The translations under genes were made by a program, and so were the position numbers. A DNA stretch of 64,000 nucleotides, from the IMG/VR virus record IMGVR_UViG_3300034691_000044, positions 1-64,000 of that record. One strand, given 5' to 3'. Positions within the stretch are counted from its first letter, which is position 1. Each line of letters opens with the position of its first letter. This document shows positions 1-10,073 of this stretch, in pieces. The notes under the pieces were generated by a model. It was not told where the DNA came from. It saw nothing but the letters and a program-made list of their open reading frames with translations, and did not search any database. The DNA comes from a virus. Taxonomy: Duplodnaviria; Caudoviricetes.

Positions 1-3000
1 AGTCGGGTTGGACCCGAACATCAGGGCGGTCAGCGGCTTCTTGATGATGTTACGGCCTTTAGAGGTCACGCTGCCTTCGGCAGTTTGCAGTTGGCCAGTA
101 ATGACCGACATAGCGTCGAGCTGGCCTTGCTGGCGGCCTTGTAGCCGGTTCAGTGCCTGGGCAATGTTCGACTCGTACAGGTCAAGGTTACCCTGGGCCT
201 TGTAGTCGTTGAACTGCTGATACGGGCTATCCAGCTCGAAGAAGCCACCTTGGTTCATGGTTTCAAAGCCTTTGGCGCCCAGCATCAGCAGGGACAGCAT
301 AGGGCCGTTGGTTACACCGTCCACTTCACCCATCATCGCGGTTTCGAACGCAGGCTTGCCATCTTGCTCGGCAATGCGTTGTTCAGCCAGGGCAACCAGA
401 GCATCAAAGGAATGGAACTTCTCACCGGCCGCTTTCACAGCGTCAACGATAGCAGTTTCATTCACGGTGCCGTTGTCGCGCAGGACTTCAGCCAACGCGT
501 CTATACCAGCCTGAATTGCAGGGTTGGATACGACAGCGTCGTAGCCGGCCAGCACTTTGGCGGTAGTGGTTGCTTCGGTCTTCTTGCCGAACGCTTCCAG
601 CACACGGAGCTTGAAGTTGTCCATTTCGGCCTTGTTGTCCAGGTGCACGGAGGCATTCCAGGCAGACATGGCCAGCATGTGACGGTGGATCTTCGAGGTC
701 TGTGGGTTGATCACGTTTGCAGTCAAACCAACGCGCTGAGGCTTCCAAACGGAGCGGCCGAAGTACAACGATTGTTCTAGACCCTCAGTCGAGCTGTCGG
801 CGGTCATCGCGTTAACGAATGCGTCGAAGTTGTCTACTTGTTGGATCAGGCCGTCATTCTTCGCCTGACGTGAAGCCAGGTTTTCAACATGAGTTGGTGC
901 GTCGGTGGTCGAGACCACGCCGCCCATTTCATAGAGAGCCTGCTTGCTCAGTTTGCCCCAAACGTGCCACATGTTCTGGCGAACAACGTGAGCTTTTGCG
1001 CCTTCCTTGTCCAGAATCTTGGCCAGGGTTTTAGGCACAGCTTGCCCGGTGCGTTTAGCGAATTCTTGGGTGAATGGGATCGGAGTGTAGCTAGGCTCTA
1101 CGCCAGCAGCCTCTACTGCAAACAGTTTGGCCACAACCGACTGGGAACCCACCGAACGCTCACGAATGCGCTTCACAACCGGTGCCGGTTGCAGTTTGCC
1201 ATCAGCATCGGTCACCGACTTCACAACAACGAAGTTGTGGGTCAGTTTAGGATCGAATTCAGTTTTACCCATCAGCACTTGCAGTTTTTGGTCAGCGAGT
1301 TGGGTACGTTCTACCAGACCCAGCTTGACCATGGCAGCAATAGCGCGCTCGCCGATGGATGATTCCAGTTTGCTCAGTTCGGCACGAGTACCGTTCTGGT
1401 TTACCTGAAGACCCAGGGCTTGCACGATACGACCGCCAAGCTGCGAAGCGACGACCGACTCTCGGGTGCCGATAGCCGATAACGTCGCATAAGCAGCGTT
1501 GGACACTTCATCGTCCAGGTCGCGCATCAGAATAGTGTTGATCGACTCAGGACTGTTACGCAGTTGAGTTGCGTTTTCGTTTGCCCACGAGAACATGCCG
1601 TAGGACACGGCAGTCGCCAGGTTCTCATCAATTTGGCCGTCCGCGTTCTGCATGAACTGCGCCATGTCCCGATAGAAGAAGTCCGGGCGTTTGGCACGAG
1701 TAGCAGTGACCTTGAACTGGTTGCGGATTGCCTGCTCAGAATATTGAGCGAAGTTGAAAAATGCATTGAGTGCAGTGACTTGTGGGGCCGGCAGTGGACC
1801 TTCCTGGGTAAGGAAGTCTTGCACGGTTACTTCACCGGCTTTGATGGCCGAAGCGAAGTCTTTGACAGCTACCAGCGGGCGAACGCTTGCATCGGTGTCA
1901 GAGCCGACCTTTTGGTCGAACAACTCGGAAACCAGATTGACAGAACGGTAGTTGTCCGCGGTTACCGCTTCACCGGTTCGCTCGCCGATTGTGGTGAGCT
2001 GGCCTGCATTTGCAGGAGCCTTCTCGGTCACGCTCGGGGCATCTTCCGGCTTTACCGCAGCTTCTTTGGCAGGTGCAGTCGCAGCAGTCTGTTCAGCGAC
2101 CGGAGCTACCGGTGCTGCGTCAACTGGGGCGTTTGCATCAGCTTTAGGAGTTGCAGCGGTAACTTCACCCTGATCCGCAGTCGGTTGCACAACCGGACGC
2201 GATACAGGAGACGGAGCAGCATTTACGAGAGCTTCGAACGCATCAGCAGTTTTATTCAGTACGTTTACTTCCGCAGCTACACCGTCGCGCAGCTTGAAAG
2301 AACCACCGTAAACTTCCAGACCATTGGCTTGCTTCAGGGCTTTGCCCTTCAGCTGAGTCACACCCCATTCGCCTTGTTCGTTCCGTGCAATGTTGATCGT
2401 TTTATTCGAACCTTTCACTTGCTCATAGGCAGCGGTGATGGCTTGAAGTTTCGACTCATGGCTAGCAGCGAATTTGCGGATGCCATCGACTTGCGAGCGG
2501 GCTGCATTTTCGTTGCCGTCGGCAATAGCCATACGGAGAGCATTGCGATACTGCGAGATACCCTTGAAACCTTCGCCACCAGTGGCAATTTCCGAAGTAA
2601 CACCAGACATGCCCTTCAAGGCATTAGCGGCCACCTGTGCTTCTGTGAAGAGGCGCATGGCGTTACGTTGCGGCTCGGTCAGGGCTTCGCTCTGTGCAAG
2701 AGACTCAGCGACCGAGGTGTCGACGGCTTCAGGGTTGGTCATGGTCAGGGTCAGCAAACGGTCAACCGCTTGTTGATCACCTGTCTGTGCATCGGTTGCA
2801 AGCGCTTGAACATCAGCCTGCTCAGGGCTGGCGTCTACGCGCATGCGCTCGGCGGCAGTGTGAATCTCACTCAGCTGGCTTTGCAGTTGAGCAGCACGAG
2901 TTTCATCAGCCTTACGCTGGGCGGGCGTGTACGACGATACAGCTTCGTGGATCTGGCGCATTTCAGCGATGTCGGCTTGGTCGGAACCAGCGGCTTCCAT

Positions 3001-4437
3001 TTGCTGAACAAGCGCACCGATCTGGGCCACACGCTCAGGCGTAGTGGATTCCATACGGGCTTGGATCGAAGACAGGTCTGCTGTCACGTCTTGCTGAATA
3101 CGGTCGACTTGAGCGAGGTTTTCCTCGGCCTTGGCACCATCTTGCAGATTCATCTGATGCAGTGCTTCAACAGCACGCGCCGGGTTATATGCAGGAGAAG
3201 TGCTGTCGGTCAGGGAAGAAACATCACCGGATTCCACAGCCGCAGTAAATGCGTTTTCTACAGCGCTTTTGTTGGCAGGAACAGCGTCACCTTGGTGACC
3301 CCCGCCAATTGTTGCAGCCAGGTGGAAGTTACCGCCAACCAGCGCACCAATGGTGGCGCCTTCGACAATATCTTCCAACGTGGTGTCTTTCAGCTGAGCG
3401 CGGTTCTCGGCATAGGTTTGGTAGCCTTCAGTCACGCCTTCGCGTGCAGCGGCGCCACCAATGCCCAGTGCAGCACTCATTGCCTTGTTGCCAGAGCCGG
3501 TGCCCGCAGCACGAATGCCTTTGAGCAGCCCAACGTCACCAACTACTTCAGCACCAGCAGCCGATGCAGCGAACAGACCCATGGTCGCACGCTCGTCGGC
3601 ATTCGGAAGCTGGCCATTGTTCTTCTTGGCATAGTCACGAATACCTTCACGGTACGTGTCATAACCGTAGCCGGCGTTGGTGCCGACCAGAATGGATGGG
3701 TTGTAGGCAGCGGCAACGATTTGTGGGACGTTCTCTGCGACGTATTCACCAGCGGCAATCGGAGACTGCAAACCAGCAAGCAAAGCAGGACCGATCGTGT
3801 TGGCCAGGCCCTTAACGCCTTCAGTTGCAGCTTCGAGATATTGGCCTTCGTTGTACGCATCTTTGGCGCCGCGCAGTTGCGCAGTACCATCGCCCGCAGC
3901 TTCACGAATATCGCGGCTCAGACGCTCAGAGCGGGTGGTGTCCACAATGCTGGAGATATCGAAGAAATCACCGACATTCTGTGCAACTTTTTGAATACCT
4001 TGGGTGCCTTGCAGGCGCTCCAGGTAGGTCTGAGGAATACCATCATCAAGCGGTGCGGTCTGGTTCAACAGAGCCATATCCGCGTCACTTGCTTGGTTGG
4101 TTTGCATGCGGTTGAACGCTTGCACTTGTTCTTCGGGAACGGACCCTTGGGCCAGGCCAGAAATCACATCGAGAGGTAGGGTTGCCAGAGTGCCGATAAC
4201 CTGGCCGCTTACACCGGACGCAAAGCGGGCACCATAGTTAGCAATGGTGCCCAGCGTGTCTTCGGCGTCATAACCCATCTTCGCGATAAGAGTCTGCTTC
4301 TTTTCTACAGAAGCTGCCGCAACCGACTCAGCTTTCGCTGGAAGGTCAAAAAGGGGCTTGAATGCCCCTTCTTTTGCAGCAGGCAGGCCGGCAGGGAACA
4401 ATTCGTCAAAACCGAAGTTGTTATCGCCGTTTGCCAT
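1..4437 (-). CDS. Virion-encapsidated RNA polymerase (N4 gp50-like), 5' ~1480 codons; runs off the window edge
   Basis: Absent from the ORF track because it is truncated. ATG at 4437 with GGAG RBS (MANGDNNFGFDELFPAGLPAAKEG...). The long + strand ORFs 250-780, 889-1362 and 1564-4179 are in-register antisense shadows. It lies directly downstream of the N4-type structural block. Confidence 0.85.
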   Translation of the reverse strand, partial: MANGDNNFGFDELFPAGLPAAKEGAFKPLFDLPAKAESVAAASVEKKQTLIAKMGYDAEDTLGTIANYGARFASGVSGQVIGTLATLPLDVISGLAQGSVPEEQVQAFNRMQTNQASDADMALLNQTAPLDDGIPQTYLERLQGTQGIQKVAQNVGDFFDISSIVDTTRSERLSRDIREAAGDGTAQLRGAKDAYNEGQYLEAATEGVKGLANTIGPALLAGLQSPIAAGEYVAENVPQIVAAAYNPSILVGTNAGYGYDTYREGIRDYAKKNNGQLPNADERATMGLFAASAAGAEVVGDVGLLKGIRAAGTGSGNKAMSAALGIGGAAAREGVTEGYQTYAENRAQLKDTTLEDIVEGATIGALVGGNFHLAATIGGGHQGDAVPANKSAVENAFTAAVESGDVSSLTDSTSPAYNPARAVEALHQMNLQDGAKAEENLAQVDRIQQDVTADLSSIQARMESTTPERVAQIGALVQQMEAAGSDQADIAEMRQIHEAVSSYTPAQRKADETRAAQLQSQLSEIHTAAERMRVDASPEQADVQALATDAQTGDQQAVDRLLTLTMTNPEAVDTSVAESLAQSEALTEPQRNAMRLFTEAQVAANALKGMSGVTSEIATGGEGFKGISQYRNALRMAIADGNENAARSQVDGIRKFAASHESKLQAITAAYEQVKGSNKTINIARNEQGEWGVTQLKGKALKQANGLEVYGGSFKLRDGVAAEVNVLNKTADAFEALVNAAPSPVSRPVVQPTADQGEVTAATPKADANAPVDAAPVAPVAEQTAATAPAKEAAVKPEDAPSVTEKAPANAGQLTTIGERTGEAVTADNYRSVNLVSELFDQKVGSDTDASVRPLVAVKDFASAIKAGEVTVQDFLTQEGPLPAPQVTALNAFFNFAQYSEQAIRNQFKVTATRAKRPDFFYRDMAQFMQNADGQIDENLATAVSYGMFSWANENATQLRNSPESINTILMRDLDDEVSNAAYATLSAIGTRESVVASQLGGRIVQALGLQVNQNGTRAELSKLESSIGERAIAAMVKLGLVERTQLADQKLQVLMGKTEFDPKLTHNFVVVKSVTDADGKLQPAPVVKRIRERSVGSQSVVAKLFAVEAAGVEPSYTPIPFTQEFAKRTGQAVPKTLAKILDKEGAKAHVVRQNMWHVWGKLSKQALYEMGGVVSTTDAPTHVENLASRQAKNDGLIQQVDNFDAFVNAMTADSSTEGLEQSLYFGRSVWKPQRVGLTANVINPQTSKIHRHMLAMSAWNASVHLDNKAEMDNFKLRVLEAFGKKTEATTTAKVLAGYDAVVSNPAIQAGIDALAEVLRDNGTVNETAIVDAVKAAGEKFHSFDALVALAEQRIAEQDGKPAFETAMMGEVDGVTNGPMLSLLMLGAKGFETMNQGGFFELDSPYQQFNDYKAQGNLDLYESNIAQALNRLQGRQQGQLDAMSVITGQLQTAEGSVTSKGRNIIKKPLTALMFGSNPT

Positions 4438-4449
4438 ATATCATTGCTC

Positions 4450-5760
4450 CTACTGGAAGTTCATTTCCTGTCCTTTTGGGGGCCAGGAGTCTGGTAAATC
4501 CTCGGCTGCACTTGGCAGGAGGTTTTGGGATGACTTCGAAGAAGTGACCGGTTTTTTGCCTGCCAACTCAGCGAGAGCGCTAACGATACCAGAAGTATCC
4601 AGGGTAGAGCTAGACCCCAATTGCGTTTTCGCCCGTTTAACTGTTTGCATGAAATTGTTCGCAGAGGCCCGAACATCGGCGGCTTCGCGCACTTTTGCAC
4701 GGTTACCCGCACCTTCATTACCCGATAGGCTATTTTTAATTTCAGTCCGGATGTCCTCCATCGGGTTATCCCGGACGTTGTACCGATTACTATTGGACAG
4801 CAGCACCTGTTGCAAGATGGCAGGTGGCACTTTGTAAATCTCACCCTCCACCTCGATACCCTTCGATAGCAGTTCGGTGATGCCGGTCTGCATCTGTTTG
4901 AAGTCAACAGAGTCAGGGTTTGCAAAAGAACTGAACTTGTCCAGGCCTCCGGCAGTTTTCAACAGCACCTGGGTATCCTTCGCCGGGTCGGTCGAGGTGG
5001 TCGCCCATTCGTTGCCTGCCAGCCGCTGATTCAGGATGTCTTTAGCTTGGTTCGATGCATCGTCCAAGATTCGGGCACCCTGTGTGAATGCTCGTGCATC
5101 TTGACGATCAGCCCGGTCTTCCTTGCGCATGATACGGTTTTCCGCCGCAGCTGCCATGCTCTCCTGGAATTGTGCGATCTGACGGCCTTCAGCGCGTCCC
5201 TGACGGGCCTGATCCTCTGCGGCGTAAGTACGTCGGGTGCGAGCATCCAACACGCCCATGAGGTCGCTGTTGACCTTACCTTCGTTCAGGAACTGGGTGT
5301 CGGAGAGCAATTTTTGCACCCCAGCAGTATCCCCGGCGTTAGCCAACTCCAGACCTTTGTCGATCAATCCCCGTTGTTCGCGTTCCGTCGCCTGATCCTG
5401 GAACTGGTTTCCGACCAGGGTCTGCTTCTGAAGTCCGGTGATTCGGCTGTCGATGGCATTGCGTGTTGCATTGCGATCAACTGCGGCACCGAAACCCGCT
5501 CGGAGTGCTTCGAGATCGGCACGCTTTTGGGGATCTTGAAGACCGTTGATATCCGTCGCGTTGACTGCATCAAGGTAGTCCGCCGTGTTATTGGCTGTCA
5601 GTGCTTGCTGATTTTTAGCTTGCAGTTGAGTTTCGTTTTTAAAGATGTCCTGCAAAGCGTTAAAGCTCTGCTGAACCTGCTGATTGCCGAGGGCAAGCAA
5701 AGCGGTGGAGTTGCCTCCACCACCCCCGCCAATATTCCGCCAAGTGATTGGTCCGGCCAT
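4450..5760 (-). CDS. Internal virion/ejection protein (N4 gp51 position)
   Basis: 436 aa, helical and Q/A-rich; N-terminus MAGPITWRNIGG; syntenic immediately upstream of vRNAP. Confidence 0.65.
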   Translation of the reverse strand: MAGPITWRNIGGGGGGNSTALLALGNQQVQQSFNALQDIFKNETQLQAKNQQALTANNTADYLDAVNATDINGLQDPQKRADLEALRAGFGAAVDRNATRNAIDSRITGLQKQTLVGNQFQDQATEREQRGLIDKGLELANAGDTAGVQKLLSDTQFLNEGKVNSDLMGVLDARTRRTYAAEDQARQGRAEGRQIAQFQESMAAAAENRIMRKEDRADRQDARAFTQGARILDDASNQAKDILNQRLAGNEWATTSTDPAKDTQVLLKTAGGLDKFSSFANPDSVDFKQMQTGITELLSKGIEVEGEIYKVPPAILQQVLLSNSNRYNVRDNPMEDIRTEIKNSLSGNEGAGNRAKVREAADVRASANNFMQTVKRAKTQLGSSSTLDTSGIVSALAELAGKKPVTSSKSSQNLLPSAAEDLPDSWPPKGQEMNFQ

Positions 5761-5762
5761 GG

Positions 5763-6260
5763 TTACACCGAGTTCTTCTTGAGGTAGTCGGATACCGGCT
5801 CATAAGCCCCGGCGTTGGATGCCACACGCGCACGCTGACGATCTTCCAGATCAGTGTTGATCGTTTTACGTTGGGCGTTGAAATTCAAGTCAAACTGACG
5901 CACCGATTCTTTGAACTGGTTTTCCGCCAGCTTCGTTGCCTTGTTGCCTTGCAGCGCACCGAACAGGGCCTGGCCCGCGCCGAGGGCAACAGGTGCCCAG
6001 CCTCCGGTAGAAACACCAGTCTTTCCGTTCGTACCACCGAACATGCTCTGTCGGCTAAACAAATCACCGAACATACCAGAGTTGCCAGTATCGCCAATGA
6101 TGTTGCCAGCTTGAGTGCCAAAGCTCAGACCATTTTGCTGACCGCCGCCGCCGCCGAACAGCCCGCTGAGGAAGCTGTTGTTACCGCCATTGTTGTTGTT
6201 GCCCCCACCGAAAAGGCTGCTGAGGTCGAAGGTGAAGGGAGAAGAGCTATTGCTCGCCAT
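5763..6260 (-). CDS. Virion structural/ejection protein (N4 gp52-like)
   Basis: Gly/Asn-rich N-terminus, hydrophobic helix, NAQRKTINTDLEDRQRAR motif; synteny. Confidence 0.7.
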   Translation of the reverse strand: MASNSSSPFTFDLSSLFGGGNNNNGGNNSFLSGLFGGGGGQQNGLSFGTQAGNIIGDTGNSGMFGDLFSRQSMFGGTNGKTGVSTGGWAPVALGAGQALFGALQGNKATKLAENQFKESVRQFDLNFNAQRKTINTDLEDRQRARVASNAGAYEPVSDYLKKNSV

Positions 6261-8538
6261 AATTGAAAGTCTCCTGCGTTTGGTCAAAGGTTGGAAGTTG
6301 AGTTTGTATTGCCACGTAGCTTTCAGTCATTTCTATGCCTAAAACACCAATGTTACCTGCATGCACAGTACGACTGTAGTAGTCCGAAGGATTCTCACCA
6401 AGTACGAACCCTGGCCCCATTTTTACCACATCGAAGGCATTAAGTCCGACAATTGCCGGATTTAACCCTAGCTCTTTCATCTTATCACCAAGACCGTCGT
6501 ACTGGTCTGCCGCCCACGCAGAAAATGCTGTCGCGTCATCCACGATGTTTTGGATGCCCGCAGCAATCTGCTGATTGTTGACGGTTGCCGCTTCGCTTAC
6601 CAGGGAGGCACCGACCTTAACCAGACTCTCTGCCCAGGTTGCGGAGAGCTGTGAGGTGGCCGCGCTGCTGTTCCCGTAGATCACTGCGGCGATAGCCACG
6701 ATCAGTGCAAACTTCGGTCCCGCGACCTTTACAAACAGCTTTACGGCCAGCGATACCAGCACAGCCTGGACGATCATAGTCAACACTGTGATGACCACCG
6801 CTGCTACCCCTAACGATGCCGCGGCCACAATAGACTGCCAGGCTGTACCGGCAGAGAAGATGGTGACCACTACCGCAATGATTAGAAGCACAATGCGGAA
6901 ACCAGCAGAAGCATACCAGGGCGACTTGATCACGATCACCGTGTTCACCATCATGGTCAGAGCGCGGCAAAGTAATTGCTCGCGTGCAGGAACAGAGATA
7001 GTTTTCACGATTGCAGAGTCGATCGGTATCAACAGTTCAGCTGAGTCGGCTCCCGCGGAGAAACCCTTTTTACGGTGTACTTCGTAGAAAGAGCGTAAGC
7101 CATAGACAATAACTTCCTCATAGACTGCATCAGTCACTTGATACTGGTAAACCCAGCCCGGTTGGGAAGACATGGAGTTACCTGTGCCTGCCCCGCCTGG
7201 GGTTTGTGTCAAATAGTACTGACTGTCCTGTGACATGACAGCATATTTGGATTTGTATGATCCTTTTTTGCCAATGTTACCGGCAAGTCGTCGTTTTGTA
7301 ATACCGCTGAATTGTAGAGACATTGCAAAGCGATTGTCACGAATATGCTGCATTTGTGAGGGGGAAGACGTGAAGGCTTCCATCCGTCCTTCAAGTGAAG
7401 GATTCAATGCAGCTTGAGACAATGCGTTAGCATGCAGCACAGAAAAGTGTTTAAACAGGTATTCCTGACATGCTGGATGTTTGTGTCCAGGTTTAATTGC
7501 CATCATCAGGATGCTTTGCTCAACATCGTCAGAATCAGGGTCAGCATGTACCCCTTCGTGCAGTTTGTCGAAACTGACACCTAAAGTGTCACACCATGCT
7601 CGCATCTGGTCTACAGAGTCTTTGTTTTCTACGTCGTATACATCTTCACCTTGCAGACGGAAATACGCCCATGGAAAGTAAGTCCCAAGCGTGGAATTGT
7701 TCAAAGCATAAGCCAGATCAATAGAAGGGTACGTGCCCGCCCCATGCTGGTACGTGAAGAACCCGATCTTCCCAGTTGTGTCCGTGTATCGGCACATATG
7801 GAAATCCGCGGTATTATCATACGCGGCCATGGACACCGTGAGCCCTCGGGTCACAAAAGTACCGTCGGCGTCCACGAATTCATACTGAATCGTCACATAG
7901 TCATCAGTTGCTACATCGCTGACTTCGTATGCAGGTTGCTCTGCATATTGCCCAATACCGGACAACATGTTGAACGGGGCAGATGGACGATAGCCTGAGC
8001 GGGGAGATGGGCCGAGTTGCGCCAGCATTCCTGTGTCATTAGTTTCAACCATCCAATCGAAGTCAGCCCGCAGGTATGTGGCAATCATATCGGTCAAGTA
8101 GCACTTATGGCCGGTAGATGCAGACAAACCTATCAATTCGTTTGTAGCAGCGTTGTAACCCAAGGCATCGTGGCAGTATTGCCAGCCAAAATGCATAGAG
8201 TTCAGCGGACCCATGTAGTAGTACTCAACATCAATCAAACGACCGATATTCGCCTGGATTGCCGCGATTACTTGGTCTTTCGCTTGAATGAATGTGGCAA
8301 CTTGCCCGGATGGGATACCAACAGCGTATGGTCGCTTTTGTGTGTTATACATACCGGTCATTGCACGGATGCCCATGGAACTTGATAGTTCCTCCAGCAT
8401 TGAGGGCACAATGTCGTAGTCCTGCATGATTCCTTTGATAATGCCATTAAGAGCACTAGTCGGGATCTGCGATTCTTCGAATACTGGCTGTACCGTCACA
8501 TTCACGACGTATTTTTTCTTGCTGCTGAACAGTCCCAT
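6247..8538 (-). CDS. Virion structural protein (N4 gp53-like)
   Basis: MGLFSSKKK start, C-terminal transmembrane segments, synteny. Confidence 0.7.
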   Translation of the reverse strand: MGLFSSKKKYVVNVTVQPVFEESQIPTSALNGIIKGIMQDYDIVPSMLEELSSSMGIRAMTGMYNTQKRPYAVGIPSGQVATFIQAKDQVIAAIQANIGRLIDVEYYYMGPLNSMHFGWQYCHDALGYNAATNELIGLSASTGHKCYLTDMIATYLRADFDWMVETNDTGMLAQLGPSPRSGYRPSAPFNMLSGIGQYAEQPAYEVSDVATDDYVTIQYEFVDADGTFVTRGLTVSMAAYDNTADFHMCRYTDTTGKIGFFTYQHGAGTYPSIDLAYALNNSTLGTYFPWAYFRLQGEDVYDVENKDSVDQMRAWCDTLGVSFDKLHEGVHADPDSDDVEQSILMMAIKPGHKHPACQEYLFKHFSVLHANALSQAALNPSLEGRMEAFTSSPSQMQHIRDNRFAMSLQFSGITKRRLAGNIGKKGSYKSKYAVMSQDSQYYLTQTPGGAGTGNSMSSQPGWVYQYQVTDAVYEEVIVYGLRSFYEVHRKKGFSAGADSAELLIPIDSAIVKTISVPAREQLLCRALTMMVNTVIVIKSPWYASAGFRIVLLIIAVVVTIFSAGTAWQSIVAAASLGVAAVVITVLTMIVQAVLVSLAVKLFVKVAGPKFALIVAIAAVIYGNSSAATSQLSATWAESLVKVGASLVSEAATVNNQQIAAGIQNIVDDATAFSAWAADQYDGLGDKMKELGLNPAIVGLNAFDVVKMGPGFVLGENPSDYYSRTVHAGNIGVLGIEMTESYVAIQTQLPTFDQTQETFNYGEQ

Positions 8539-8548
8539 TATTGACTCC

Positions 8549-8575
8549 AAAAGAAAGGGGAACCGAAGTTCCCCT
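8549..8575 (-). terminator. Rho-independent terminator
   Basis: AGGGGAAC-TTCG-GTTCCCCT followed by a T-rich tract on the minus strand. Confidence 0.7.
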
Positions 8576-8592
8576 ATCCTATCACGCTTGGT

Positions 8593-9309
8593 TTAAGCCC
8601 CGACGCCTTCGAGCAAGGCACTTACTGCCCGACCTACGTTGGAGTCTTGTAGTTGGTTTGTGGCATCGGCAACTGTACCCACGTCAGTGGTGCGCCGCAC
8701 GTTCCAAGAGTCGATCATCAGCTTGGCCGCTTTCTGCTCAGCATCGCGGGTGAAGCCGTCGGACTGCGCGGTATACAGAGCAATCTGCTTACCGATGACG
8801 GAACCAACCTCGATACCAATACCAGAGGTTTGCGCCTTCTCAGTCGCCACCTTCTGATTGACCAACGTGGTCTGCGCGATGGTTTGCAGATTGGTCGACA
8901 GTGCAATGTCGTACTGCGCCTTCAGCACACATTCTTCGGCCTTCAGGTTCAGGATCTCTTGCGTGATCTTATCGACCTGCGCTGCAAGCAGTGCTTTGGT
9001 TAGAATCTCACGTTCAAGCTCAGCCTCGGCCAAACGGATCTGCACTTCAGTCAACCGGATCTGGGCTTCAACCAACTGCGCTTTATACGCAGCTTCGTCC
9101 TTTTGAAGCAAAAAACCCACGGCATTTTGCAATACCGGGGTCAGTGCGTTCAGGTAGACGTTGGCATAGTCGGCGCCCCGCAAACGGTTGTCGTCAAACT
9201 CCCGTTCCAGGTGGCCGGCCATTGCACGCATAAGCGTGTCGAAGACACCAGATCCGTCAACCCGGGCTTCTGTAAGCGAAGCCAGTGTGATTGGATCTGG
9301 TAGCGCCAT
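8593..9309 (-). CDS. Virion structural protein (N4 gp54-like)
   Basis: GSGVFDTLMRAM...GADYANVY and GSVIGKQIALY..Q..GF.RDAEQK motifs; synteny. Confidence 0.75.
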   Translation of the reverse strand: MALPDPITLASLTEARVDGSGVFDTLMRAMAGHLEREFDDNRLRGADYANVYLNALTPVLQNAVGFLLQKDEAAYKAQLVEAQIRLTEVQIRLAEAELEREILTKALLAAQVDKITQEILNLKAEECVLKAQYDIALSTNLQTIAQTTLVNQKVATEKAQTSGIGIEVGSVIGKQIALYTAQSDGFTRDAEQKAAKLMIDSWNVRRTTDVGTVADATNQLQDSNVGRAVSALLEGVGA

Positions 9310-9311
9310 GA

Positions 9312-9998
9312 TTATTCACCAGTACCGTTGGCCATGGCTTGACGCTGACCCAGGTCTTTCAGTTCGCCCTTGGTCAGTGGAGGCAGCACAGCGATGTTGA
9401 ACTCGGGGACGCAACGCGGAGTCACGACTTCGATGTTGGCACGGCCGGTCTTCTCGCGGTCGAACACCATGTACTCGCGCTCGGACAGTGCATCGAACAG
9501 CACCTTCTCGATGTGCCAGTCGCGGTTGAACGGAATGAAGCGCTGGATGGTGCCGAAGTTTTTGTTCGACACGCACATCAACTCGCCCTTCATGTTTTTC
9601 TTGGTCGGGTTCATGCAGCTGACGCGAACGCGGACCAGCGCCTGAGCTTCACGGCGCAGACGGTTTTTCTTCTGGCCTTCGGTTTCAGCGGCCAGTTCTT
9701 CCGGCGCCAAGGCGGCGGCAGTTGCAGCAGCGAGACTTGGCATCAAAGTAGGGGCAACAGGAGATTTGATCTCGCCATCGTCTTCTTCCACTGGTTTAGC
9801 TACCGCTACCACAGCAGGTGCGGCAACAGGCGCTGGTGCAGGAGTTACCGCAGGCTTGTCAGCAAGTGCAGCAGCTACGACTTCACGCAGCTTTTCGACG
9901 CCCCAACGGCCGTCAATGGTGATGTTCAGGGCAGCTGCACGTTTTTGCAGCAGTTCCAGTTCAGTTGGTGCTTGATCTTGCGAAGTTTGTTCGGACAT
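9312..9998 (-). CDS. Conserved N4 gp55-like protein
   Basis: LVRVRVSCMNPTKK and LPPLTKGELKDLGQRQAM motifs; downstream of the capsid gene. Confidence 0.7.
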   Translation of the reverse strand: MSEQTSQDQAPTELELLQKRAAALNITIDGRWGVEKLREVVAAALADKPAVTPAPAPVAAPAVVAVAKPVEEDDGEIKSPVAPTLMPSLAAATAAALAPEELAAETEGQKKNRLRREAQALVRVRVSCMNPTKKNMKGELMCVSNKNFGTIQRFIPFNRDWHIEKVLFDALSEREYMVFDREKTGRANIEVVTPRCVPEFNIAVLPPLTKGELKDLGQRQAMANGTGE

Positions 9999-10032
9999 TG
10001 CGTTTCTCCTGGAAACGGTGTGGGTTGTACCC

Positions 10033-10054
10033 AAAAGGGGAGCCGAAGCTCCCC
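10033..10054 (-). terminator. Terminator after major capsid gene
   Basis: GGGGAGC-TTCG-GCTCCCC-TTTT on the minus strand. Confidence 0.8.
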
Positions 10055-10073
10055 AAATGGTATTACTTTGCCG

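Noticed and set aside
1564-4179. 871-aa plus-strand ORF (also 250-780 and 889-1362)
   Set aside because: In-register antisense shadow of the vRNAP gene; unnatural composition and no RBS.
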